Positions 7,613-16,146 of a DNA stretch of 32,000 nucleotides are shown piece by piece. Where the stretch lies: contig NC_017459.1 in NCBI RefSeq assembly GCF_000237865.1, positions 1 through 32,000 on the forward strand, given 5' to 3'. The notes beneath the pieces are model-generated. The model searched no databases. It saw only the letters and a list, made by a program, of their open reading frames with translations, and was not told where the DNA came from. This DNA comes from Haloquadratum walsbyi C23 (lineage in GTDB: Archaea > Halobacteriota > Halobacteria > Halobacteriales > Haloferacaceae). Position 1 is the stretch's first letter. Each line of letters begins with the position of its first letter. Both the position numbers and the translations under genes were made by a program.

Positions 7613-8643
7613 AAGGGCAGGAGTCCCTTCTTAATGAGTGAGTAGAACGAACGAGTAGCGAGGGGATACGCCCAATAATCATAACAGCAATACTGTAGCC
7701 TGGCGTGCGTTGACATTATCTGACGTAGAAATTATCGAATATCAAGGAGAATACTTGCGGCTTCAGCCGCAGGATGAATCCGACAACTCTGAACTCGTCC
7801 ACGCAGTGATAGCCGATTGGAAATTTGATAATCCGTGAATTAAACTAACAGGCAACCCTGTGGATAGCCAGGAATCAGACTGGGAATAGAGCGATTCTGG
7901 TCACTCCGACGATGGCGGCCTGTCCACCCCAAGCAATGAGACAGTAATCGGAACCAGTCAGCTGAACGGTCGGTTCCTATGCTGAACCGAGGCAGATGCT
8001 GTGTCTGAGTGCTGTACGCACCACAGAAAGTAACTCCAAGTCCGTTGAAGTCTGCTGGACTCTCTGGGGCACAGACAACTCTAGGGGTCCCAACATAACA
8101 GGGGATAGAAGTACTGGGGGCTGAGATGTGGCACTCCCAGTAGTCCCAGTAGTCCCAGCAGTCCCACTCTCCCCGCTACAGTCCACGAACCCCACACGGA
8201 TTCTTACCGCACTGTGGTTCGGTGGGGTTGGAAACCTGAAATCTCCACCACTCACGCTCAGGATTCCTCCGCAGCTAGTGCTCCGTGAAACATCTTGAAC
8301 CATCGGTTCTACGCAACAGTATCAGCGGCTACTCTATGACAAGATTTTGAATTGAATTCCTCAATAAGCTTTCAGGAGCAGTATATGCGGAGGAGGATGT
8401 CAATCAAACTACTAAGATAGATAGCAACAATGTTCGTTCTCGTCATCTCGCCATATTTTCGACAGGCAAGCCCAATTCGGAACTATTCAGTTCTGGGGGG
8501 TGTAGAATGTGTTGTGGACGCCCTACAGCGAATAAGTCTCTCCGATCTTGATCTGTTGGGGTTTGAAATAATCTTTACTGGAACCCCCATCCCCGTTCCT
8601 CATGGAAGCCGTCTCTGACGGCTGAGAGAGTGGGGTAGTTTAC
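7613..8643 (+). mobile_element. ~320-bp non-autonomous element (PATE/MITE-like, family 2), copy 1, split by a nested insertion
   Basis: 7613-7735 plus 8404-8643 are collinear with the uninterrupted copy at 21231-21548. They share the left end (A/G)AGGGCA..CCCT(T/C)..GTGAGT..GAACGAAC.AGTAGCGAGGGGATAC, the internal TCAAACTACTAA...GGCAACA..TTCGTTCT.GTC..TCGCCA and GTGGACGCCC.ACA.CG.ATAA, and the right end TCTGACGGCTGAG.AG.T.GGGT.GTT.AC. Confidence 0.65.
7736..8403 (+). mobile_element. 668-bp tnpB-less derivative (MITE/PATE) of the IS1341-type element at 15997-17497
   Basis: The left end CGAATATCAAGGAGAATACTTGCGGCTTCAGCCGCAGGATGAATCCGACAAC matches the IS left end CGGAGAGCCGAGGAGAAAGCCTCGCGCTTCAGCGCTGGGATGAATCCGACAC. 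The right end ...GCGGAGGAGGATGTCAA matches ...GCGGGGAGGATGTCAA. No long plus-strand ORF is present. The boundaries come from the empty site at 21350-21353. Confidence 0.65.
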
Positions 8644-9239
8644 TTGCCATTGTATATTTGAGCTACAATATCCCCACTCTCACCCTCACCCTCACCCTGA
8701 CCCTGATGTGTAACCGCAGCAGCACATACTGGATGCTCATACTCTAGTTCGTATGCTTTCTGTGCAATTTCTTCAATGTCACCTTTGAGTGACAATTGCG
8801 CTGTTGTTGGAGCATCATTCTCATACGTACTCACAAGTGTTGGTTCTGAGATTGATCTAATAATAACCGCGTCTTGACGGATGATTCCCACATATGAGGA
8901 GGACCCAACGATTCCGGCAATTCGGGGGGTATTATAATCATCTTTCTCATAATCAAGCGCAAGTAATGCTTCTGCAAGGGCATCTCTTGCTGGATATCCT
9001 CGATCAATCTTCTCTGCAATGGGGTCAACGTGCGATCCATTCCCGATAACAATCTTCTCTCCGCCTTGGCGCATACAATTATATGATACGTATGGATTAT
9101 TAGTTTGGGCTGCTTCTGACGTTGGAACGACGGTCAACATGTTATCTCGAGAGATAATCTGTCGGTTTGGATATGACCGTGATGAAACCCGATATACCGC
9201 AGTTGTCTCGCCAATAATGATGAAGCGACCAAGATACAT
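8640..9239 (-). CDS. purO: IMP cyclohydrolase, archaeal type
   Basis: 199-aa ORF. The N-terminus MYLGRFIIIGE..VYRVSSRSYPNR is characteristic of PurO. Confidence 0.85.
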   Translation of the reverse strand: MYLGRFIIIGETTAVYRVSSRSYPNRQIISRDNMLTVVPTSEAAQTNNPYVSYNCMRQGGEKIVIGNGSHVDPIAEKIDRGYPARDALAEALLALDYEKDDYNTPRIAGIVGSSSYVGIIRQDAVIIRSISEPTLVSTYENDAPTTAQLSLKGDIEEIAQKAYELEYEHPVCAAAVTHQGQGEGEGESGDIVAQIYNGK

Positions 9240-9351
9240 ACCAGTGTTCGACGATGAGCGTAGTAATATATGCTGATATGGCTATCATATTGATATCACT
9301 CACTGCTTCGCAACACTCAAATAGAATCCAATCTTAGTATTAGCTGAAGAT

Positions 9352-9424
9352 AGTCCCGTGGGGTAGTGGCCAATCCTGTTGCCTTCTGGGGGCAATGACC
9401 CAAGTTCGAATCTTGGTGGGACTA
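9352..9424 (+). tRNA. tRNA-Gln (anticodon CUG)
   Basis: Hand-folded cloverleaf. Acceptor AGTCCCG/TGGGACT (A1-U72, one G-U), anticodon stem TTGCC/GGCAA with loop TTCTGGG (U33, CTG, G37), and T arm CCAAG-TTCGAAT-CTTGG. The discriminator is A, no CCA is encoded, there is no intron, and a T4 run follows. Confidence 0.85.
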
Positions 9425-9638
9425 CTTTTCACTCTGTTCAACTGATAACTCCTCTGTGCCTACATAATAGACACTGGGGGATTTGAATATTATTTACTCG
9501 TCGGTCTCATATCAACTCTATGATTGCTAAAAGATGGAAGTTACTATTCCATTCGAATTAAAATCTGGATTACAGATGCTTATAGTACATAAAATAGCGG
9601 GGCTCCAGTAGAAATAGAGGGGTGGGTACACATCGGAC

Positions 9639-10136
9639 TCACCGCTCAACAGCAAGTAATGCAACCCGTTCAAGAACGAGCGATTCAGTATCGCCATTGA
9701 CAACATCAATCTCGTTAGCAGTAATATCAAAATACGGCTGCACCAAATCAGGGTCATATGACCCAAGAACTTCATCGGCAGGTGTATCAAGTGTATTTGA
9801 TTCGATAGATTTTGCAGCTTCGATTTCATTACCACCATCGATAGCGACCACAATACGATTTAGACCGGATGAAACCCCAATCTCAAGCGCCTCAGTAATC
9901 TGTCGGCGACCAGCCGCGTATAACAACATCTCGATTGATCTATCCCGTGCAATATTATTATTCCGGCGTCGGGCTCGGTCAGCACACTCGATAGCCCGAT
10001 TAATATGTTTTTGATTCACAATATATCGAGCGTCGAACGCCTGTATTGTTGCACCCGTTCCTTTCTCAATCTTATCGACAATTGAAACAAACTCATCCAC
10101 ATCCTCAATAGTCACCTTACCACAGACGAGTTTCAT
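9639..10136 (-). CDS. cgi121: KEOPS complex subunit Cgi121
   Basis: 165-aa ORF. The central ...[22 protein letters not shown]... resembles the Cgi121 family signature. It is translationally coupled to hel308, as I recall for Haloferax (neighbouring HVO_0013/0014). Confidence 0.6.
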   Translation of the reverse strand: MKLVCGKVTIEDVDEFVSIVDKIEKGTGATIQAFDARYIVNQKHINRAIECADRARRRNNNIARDRSIEMLLYAAGRRQITEALEIGVSSGLNRIVVAIDGGNEIEAAKSIESNTLDTPADEVLGSYDPDLVQPYFDITANEIDVVNGDTESLVLERVALLAVER

Positions 10137-12586
10137 GAAAAGTCCCCGAGTCCAGCCTGATTTCCATCTTGATTATCCATATCGCGATCTTGTCGCGTCC
10201 CCTCTGTCGTGGCACCTCCACCTGTGTTCGATTGTGTCTCATTCCCTGTGTCTGAATTAGTGGAGTCCTTCGACACTTCATCAACACTATCCATTGAGGT
10301 ATCTGTGCGTCCAGCGTTTTCAAGAATACGCTCAGCTGTCTTTCGCCGACCCCGGAGTGCCCGAAGGATAGTTTTCTTTTCAGCTGTTTGAAGATCTGCA
10401 CTGTCCTGGATGCCAGTATCAAAAAGCCGTCGAGCACGCTTCCGCCCAACGCCACGGATATCAACGAGATCAAGTAACTCTGCTCTAACCCCATCCTCGA
10501 CACGCCGTCGAGCATCAGCGATAGGTTTCGTCTTCATTCCAAGCTCACCAGCCAACTGTTCTGCTGCCCCGAGGAGCCAACTTGCTGTGTCGACCTTTCC
10601 TCTGATATCACCAGGTCCAACGTCATATTGCTCTGTAATCTGGTCTTCAGATGTCTCATCCGCCCAATCTTCAAGTAATCGCCCAGTCTTCAGTGCCGAC
10701 AGCCACGACTCAAATCGAACATCGTCGTACTCAGAGGGCGTCCGTCCGAGCAACTCAGCCTCGCGCTCATAGCAGACTTGGGTAAAACGCTCTTTATCAC
10801 CCGATTTAAGATACAATTCATACATATCCGGTGTCCGACAAACAAGGTGATACAATCCAAGTGCTGTTGGATATCTCACTGTCGATTCATCACTGTCTTG
10901 ATGTGTATCATGTTTTGAGTTGACAAGTTCACTCGCTGGCTGGAAGCTCCCAGTAGCTTGTTCGGTTGAGTTGTCCTGAAGTGCACTGCGTTGTGTAGTC
11001 TTATTCTTTTCAGCCCATCGTAATCCATCAATAATTGTTGCAGCACTCATCGGATCAAGATATAATCGTGAGACAGTATGACCGAGTCCGGTTGCTGAGA
11101 GGGTCTCCCCATCCTGCATGATGAATTCATTTCGCTTTAGATAGTCAAGAACGGTGTCTGTAACCGTTTTTAATCGCCCATTAGTATCTGTTTGTGTTGC
11201 ATATAATGTCTCTTTCAGGAATGCAAGGAGCTCTGTCCGACTTCGTGCAAACCCTGTTGCGATTGTTGCAAGTGCATGTGTCCGAAGCGCAGGCTCACTT
11301 GCAAGCTTTGAACGCACTGATTCAAGATCCGCATCAATATATCGATCAAACAGCTCATCACGCGTCTCAGTATCCCCAGCAAGCAAGACCGCTTCACCGT
11401 ATGGATCAAGACCAGGTCGACCTGCCCGACCCATCATTTGATGAACCTCAAGTGTATCAAGTGGTTTCATTCCCCCATACTCGCTATCGTAACGCCGCCA
11501 ATCGCGAACGATCACCCGACGACTTGGTGTATTAACGCCTGCAGCAAGTGTCGGTGTTGCAGCAATACATTTTAGTTGACGATCGCGAAAGGCATCTTCA
11601 ACGAGTGAGCGATGTTCTGCTGCCAGCCCAGCATGGTGAAATGCAGCCCCCTTTTCAACGCATGTTGCAAGTGTTTCACTCGTTTCAGTATCTGAAACCT
11701 CTCGAATCGACGCGGCAATCTCCGCTAATGATGCTTGTTCCTTTTCGGTCAAAGCTGATGTCGTAACATCACAAAGCCGTCTTGCAGCGGATTCTGCATT
11801 TCGTCGTGAATTGACGAATACAAGCGTCGACCCTTGATCGTCTTCACTATCACCTGCAAGTGTGTCTGCAACAAGGGCCGGCGTTTGTCGTTCTCCATTT
11901 GCAACTGGAACCCGCTGTTGAGTAGCATCATCAAATGTAATCGCATTTCCATAGTGAACTCCAATCTGTAATTCGATTGGACGCCAATCTGTATCGACAA
12001 GTGATGCATCTAGCCACTCAGCAATAGCATCTGCATTTCCAATCGTTGCAGAGAGCGCAACGACTTGAAGTGCAGTGTTTCGTTGACGAAGTTTCCCAAG
12101 CGTTACCTCAAGCGTTGGTCCACGCGTCCGGTCATTAACAAGGTGAACCTCATCAGCAACAACACATCCTAATTGATTGATCCACGGTGCATCATTCCGA
12201 ATAAGTGAATCAACCTTTTCAGACGTTGCAACAATGATATCTCGCGAAGCTAACCACTCACCACTAGAATCGTAATTTCCGGTTGAAACACCGATGTCAA
12301 CACCAAACTCTTCCCAACGTTCGAACTCAGTTTGTTTTTCTGAGGCGAGCGCTCGAAGCGGTACAATATATAACGCTGTTTCACCACGCTCAATTGCTGC
12401 AAGCATTGCTAACTCGGCAATAAGCGTCTTTCCAGAAGCAGTTGGTACTGATGCAACAAGGCTCTCCCCATCAGTCAACCCTGCCTTGACGGCTGATTCT
12501 TGTGGTGGATACAGCTCTGTGACGCCCTCTGTACGAAGTTTGTCAGAGACGCCCGGGGGCAATCCGGAGACGTCGTCAGGTTCCAT
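10133..12586 (-). CDS. hel308: Hel308 (Ski2-like DNA repair helicase)
   Basis: 817-aa ORF with PTASGKT, the DEVH box, SAT, motif [10 protein letters not shown], a ratchet region and an HhH-like domain 5 ([12 protein letters not shown]). A disordered tail of ~57 aa follows. Confidence 0.9.
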   Translation of the reverse strand: MEPDDVSGLPPGVSDKLRTEGVTELYPPQESAVKAGLTDGESLVASVPTASGKTLIAELAMLAAIERGETALYIVPLRALASEKQTEFERWEEFGVDIGVSTGNYDSSGEWLASRDIIVATSEKVDSLIRNDAPWINQLGCVVADEVHLVNDRTRGPTLEVTLGKLRQRNTALQVVALSATIGNADAIAEWLDASLVDTDWRPIELQIGVHYGNAITFDDATQQRVPVANGERQTPALVADTLAGDSEDDQGSTLVFVNSRRNAESAARRLCDVTTSALTEKEQASLAEIAASIREVSDTETSETLATCVEKGAAFHHAGLAAEHRSLVEDAFRDRQLKCIAATPTLAAGVNTPSRRVIVRDWRRYDSEYGGMKPLDTLEVHQMMGRAGRPGLDPYGEAVLLAGDTETRDELFDRYIDADLESVRSKLASEPALRTHALATIATGFARSRTELLAFLKETLYATQTDTNGRLKTVTDTVLDYLKRNEFIMQDGETLSATGLGHTVSRLYLDPMSAATIIDGLRWAEKNKTTQRSALQDNSTEQATGSFQPASELVNSKHDTHQDSDESTVRYPTALGLYHLVCRTPDMYELYLKSGDKERFTQVCYEREAELLGRTPSEYDDVRFESWLSALKTGRLLEDWADETSEDQITEQYDVGPGDIRGKVDTASWLLGAAEQLAGELGMKTKPIADARRRVEDGVRAELLDLVDIRGVGRKRARRLFDTGIQDSADLQTAEKKTILRALRGRRKTAERILENAGRTDTSMDSVDEVSKDSTNSDTGNETQSNTGGGATTEGTRQDRDMDNQDGNQAGLGDFS

Positions 12587-12642
12587 TAATATATATTCAC
12601 ATTACTGTCAATTAATCATTGTTGGTTATCCGATGACCAGGC

Positions 12643-12680
12643 GCAAGACCCGGCGGTTTTTACTACGGGAAGGATGTCAG
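12643..12680 (+). repeat. Degenerate right-end remnant of the tnpB IS family
   Basis: CGGGAAGGATGTCA matches the IS right end CGGGGAGGATGTCA at 13 of 14 positions. It is preceded by a weak CCCG...CGGG hairpin. Confidence 0.3.
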
Positions 12681-12703
12681 TGAGAAGACAGAGTCTACAA
12701 GCA

Positions 12704-12970
12704 TCAAAATCGCCGTTTTGCGACCCGCCGTATCATTGCTCCTAATATGAGTATCAGTGTCGATAACAGTGCCAGCGATCCGACGAGTGGAAAGTTTCCT
12801 GCTTGTAGAGCATCCCATGCAAACGGAATAAGAGCAAGTGCAAGAATCGCATGTAATCCAAACGCAATCGCTGGAAATCCAATCTCAATGGATGATATTC
12901 CTCCATCTGTTCGAAGAGTTGACTGTTGTGACGTATCATCTGACATAATTAGGCGTATGATGGCAGCCAT
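12704..12970 (-). CDS. Small hydrophobic (2-3 TM) protein of unknown function
   Basis: 88-aa ORF with clear TM segments and a basic C-terminus. An alternative ATG lies at 12946. No family was recognised. Confidence 0.4.
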   Translation of the reverse strand: MAAIIRLIMSDDTSQQSTLRTDGGISSIEIGFPAIAFGLHAILALALIPFAWDALQAGNFPLVGSLALLSTLILILGAMIRRVAKRRF

Positions 12971-13404
12971 ATAGACCTTGACGGCTCCGCGTTATCAGCA
13001 TGCTTGTTTTAATCCCGTCTGGATGAATGAGATACTAAATATATTGACAGAATATAAACTACTCCCATCGTCGCTCGATTCAACTAGATCTCCCACATCT
13101 CAGCATCACGGGATGGCAATTATTACTCATTTCTTGGAATAAAGAGCTACTCATTGATATTAGACGAAATTAATCAGGATTGACAATTATTCTAATGAGA
13201 ATTATGCATTCTTATGTAGTTCGACACTCGCTCACAGTGTCGATATACTCATTCAGTGTTGCCTACTTGCATGATATTGCACGAAATATAATATATGATA
13301 TGGATCATATTTACCTCGACACGATCAAAAATATTATTACTGAGAAATTGAGTGGACAACAAGTATAATCCGCCTCGTCTCTGAATAAAATTCAATTAAA
13401 CGCC

Positions 13405-13602
13405 ATGGCATCGATAGATCCCCGAGATAAGCTCCCACTTGTTTCAGCCGCCGTTGTAATGGCCCTTGGAAATATTATCGGATATGCTGTTGGAACGACA
13501 ATCTATTTAACAATCCTCGCAGGTCCTGTTGCAGTCCTTGCATTCGGTGCTGTTCGGTACTTCCTTCATGGGAGTCCGTATCCTGAGAGCATGAGGCAGT
13601 AA
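13405..13602 (+). CDS. Small two-TM membrane protein of unknown function
   Basis: 65-aa ORF with two hydrophobic helices. Its stop codon lies 3 nt before the ATG of the AAA ATPase gene. Confidence 0.45.
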   Translation: MASIDPRDKLPLVSAAVVMALGNIIGYAVGTTIYLTILAGPVAVLAFGAVRYFLHGSPYPESMRQ

Positions 13603-13605
13603 CTT

Positions 13606-15915
13606 ATGAAACGCGTCGCTGCGACAGTTACTATCGACCCAGAACTCCCACCTGATACTGTTCGCCTCCGCTGGCCTCCAATTGATGCGACGACTCATAC
13701 ATATGACATAGCAGACAGCACAACCAATGACTCCGCATCTCCGTTAGATGCAGATGTTGTTCAACTTCGGACCAGTAATGGTCGGATGACCGCTGCGGTC
13801 GTTCGTCCTGATTCGATGATTGACCCTGATACCATTGCTGTATCATCAAATCTTGCAGCAGCACTTGATATTTCTGCAGATATAAAAAACACTTCAGAAA
13901 CTGATACGGGCAGGACTATTGATTCGGATCAGAATGCTCAAACTGACCATGTCGCGACCGTTGAACCAGTAAGCGTCTCGCCCGCACATCAACTTACCGT
14001 TGCACCGGTTGCTGAGTTGTCGATTAGTGGGGGTGAACAGACAGTTCGTCAGGCACTCGATACTCGGCCACTCGTTCGTGGTGATACTATTCCAACTGTA
14101 TTCCTGGATGGATCACTTGAGCTCCCGGTTCGCGTCACTGAAACCCGCCCAGACGGTCCCGTTGCTATCACAGCAAAGACAGAACTCAAATTAGAGTCTG
14201 GTCCGGCACCTGACTTGACACTTCCACAGCAAGCTCCAATTCCCCCGTCAGGAGTCGGCGGTTATGATGAAATCATCGAAACATGTCAACATACCATTGC
14301 AGATCCGCTAATATATTCCGATGCATATCATGTCGACGACCGCTCGGCAGCCTCGGGCGTCCTGCTTGAGGGACAATCTGGTGTTGGTAAGACACATCTT
14401 ATCCGACACACTGCATGGTATGCAGATGCAACGATTCGAACGATTGACTGTGCAACACTTGCTTCACAATCACCTTCTGATCTCACTGATGAACTTGATT
14501 CACATACAGCAGCGATTACGACGGGCAACGCAACATCAACAATCGTTCTTATCGATAATCTTGATATAATTGGTGAGGACAACGATACAGTCGCCCGTCA
14601 AATTAGTTCATGGATTGAGAAAACGCTACAACTTGATTCAGCAACTGTTGTTGCTGAATGCACTGACGCAGACGCGATTGATTCAATGTTTACCCGTGGT
14701 GGTCGACTTTCACGGATAATCTCGGTCACTGCTCCAACCCCGGATGATCGTGCAGCCATTATCTCGGTTTTGTTTAATGACATACCGACTACCTCTCATA
14801 TCGATTATACCGCTGTTGCTGAGCAGACCCTTGGATATGTTGCCGCAGATATTCTCAATTTACGTGCACGTGCAATTGAGGCAGCACTCACCCGGTGTAA
14901 TGTTGACTCCACAGAAGAAATGGCAGAAACAGAATTCAGAGTTCTTCCAGCAGATATTGAGACAGCAATTACCAAAACGACACCAAGTGCCGCTGAAACG
15001 ACCGGTTCAGTCCCGTCAACATCATTTGAGGATATTGGTGGACTTGCAGCACCAAAACGCGAACTTACTCGAGCCGTTGAGTGGCCACTCCAATATCCAG
15101 AGGCGCTCTCTCGACTTGGTGTTGATGCGCCTGCTGGGGTTCTGCTCTACGGACCACCAGGAACTGGAAAGACAATGTTGGCACGCGCAGTCGCCTCAAC
15201 AACAGATGCAAACTTCTTGACTGTCGACGGTCCGGAACTTCTGAATAAATACGTTGGCGAGAGCGAACGCCGTGTCCGACAATTATTCACCCGTGCGAGA
15301 GATAGTGCCCCGGCGGTCGTCTTTTTTGATGAAGTTGATGCACTCGGATCTGCCCGCGCAGGCGACGGGGATTCCTCTGCTACAGAGCGTGTCGTATCAC
15401 AGCTACTAACCGAACTTGATGGTCTTCATCCTCGTGAACAAGTGACGGTCATAGGCGCAACAAACCGCCCTGATCGTATCGATGATGCACTTACTCGACC
15501 TGGAAGATTTGACCGTGTTGTTGAGGTTCCACTCCCAGATCCTGAAGCCCGTCAGGAGATTATCCGCATCCATACCCGTGATCGACCGACTGAGCCACTC
15601 GATATTGATGAGATTGCAACAAAGACCGAGGGATATTCCGGAAGCGATATTAGTGCTGTCTTACAGGAAGCAAGTCTGCTTGCACTTGAAGAGCACCTTG
15701 GTGCAGCTGAATCTGAGATAAATGATGAGACAAGAACTATTGAACCCAACTCGGGTCAGAGTACCTCGTCGAGTGCGACCCCTGAAGCCGTTGAATCTAT
15801 TGAAGCTGTCCGTATTCATCGTCGCCACGTTGATGCAGCACTTGACCGTATTGGACCGTCACTATCAGCAACCGCAAGAGAGCGATATGCATCATTTGAC
15901 GGGACTGGCTCGTAA
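13606..15915 (+). CDS. cdc48: AAA+ ATPase, CDC48/VCP family
   Basis: 769-aa ORF with an N-domain plus two AAA modules. D1 has GQSGVGKTH and VLIDNLD. D2 has GPPGTGKTMLA, VVFFDEVDAL and the second region of homology ATNRPDRIDDALTRPGRFD. Confidence 0.9.
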   Translation: MKRVAATVTIDPELPPDTVRLRWPPIDATTHTYDIADSTTNDSASPLDADVVQLRTSNGRMTAAVVRPDSMIDPDTIAVSSNLAAALDISADIKNTSETDTGRTIDSDQNAQTDHVATVEPVSVSPAHQLTVAPVAELSISGGEQTVRQALDTRPLVRGDTIPTVFLDGSLELPVRVTETRPDGPVAITAKTELKLESGPAPDLTLPQQAPIPPSGVGGYDEIIETCQHTIADPLIYSDAYHVDDRSAASGVLLEGQSGVGKTHLIRHTAWYADATIRTIDCATLASQSPSDLTDELDSHTAAITTGNATSTIVLIDNLDIIGEDNDTVARQISSWIEKTLQLDSATVVAECTDADAIDSMFTRGGRLSRIISVTAPTPDDRAAIISVLFNDIPTTSHIDYTAVAEQTLGYVAADILNLRARAIEAALTRCNVDSTEEMAETEFRVLPADIETAITKTTPSAAETTGSVPSTSFEDIGGLAAPKRELTRAVEWPLQYPEALSRLGVDAPAGVLLYGPPGTGKTMLARAVASTTDANFLTVDGPELLNKYVGESERRVRQLFTRARDSAPAVVFFDEVDALGSARAGDGDSSATERVVSQLLTELDGLHPREQVTVIGATNRPDRIDDALTRPGRFDRVVEVPLPDPEARQEIIRIHTRDRPTEPLDIDEIATKTEGYSGSDISAVLQEASLLALEEHLGAAESEINDETRTIEPNSGQSTSSSATPEAVESIEAVRIHRRHVDAALDRIGPSLSATARERYASFDGTGS

Positions 15916-15920
15916 TTGGG

Positions 15921-15992
15921 GAGATAACTGTATGTGGACTGTACAGGTGGAATAAGGCGAGTGCCTTGGAGTTTGACCCAGAGGTGCTTCAG
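15921..15992 (+). repeat. Family B right-end repeat, copy 2
   Basis: GAGATAAC...AATAAGGCGAGTGCCTTGGAGTTTGACCCAGAGGTGCTTCAG. It starts 6 nt after the cdc48 stop codon and ends 4 nt before the left end of the tnpB IS. Confidence 0.55.
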
Positions 15993-16146
15993 GTTACGGA
16001 GAGCCGAGGAGAAAGCCTCGCGCTTCAGCGCTGGGATGAATCCGACACTTCCTTTCACACTCCACCAGCTAATGTCACAGCTGGACATTCCACGCTACTC
16101 CAACCCAACCCTACCCTTCAAATTAGTTTATCTACATAGGTTACGT

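Noticed and set aside
8231-8250. GAAACCTGAAATCTCCACCA, superficially like an ORB core
   Set aside because: The order of the CCAC and TGAAA blocks is reversed relative to the three origin ORBs, and there is no G-string. It lies inside a mobile element.
7977-8303. 108-aa minus-strand ORF inside the 668-bp tnpB-less element
   Set aside because: No recognisable family and no acidic bias. Part of it merely translates the 9-bp tandem repeat (TAGTTGTTGS). It lies wholly inside a non-coding IS derivative.
15934-16146. N-terminal extension of the tnpB ORF (71 extra codons)
   Set aside because: The extension reads through the family B repeat and the IS left-end hairpin. The TnpB homology begins at MAKQVVTRTY (ATG 16147).
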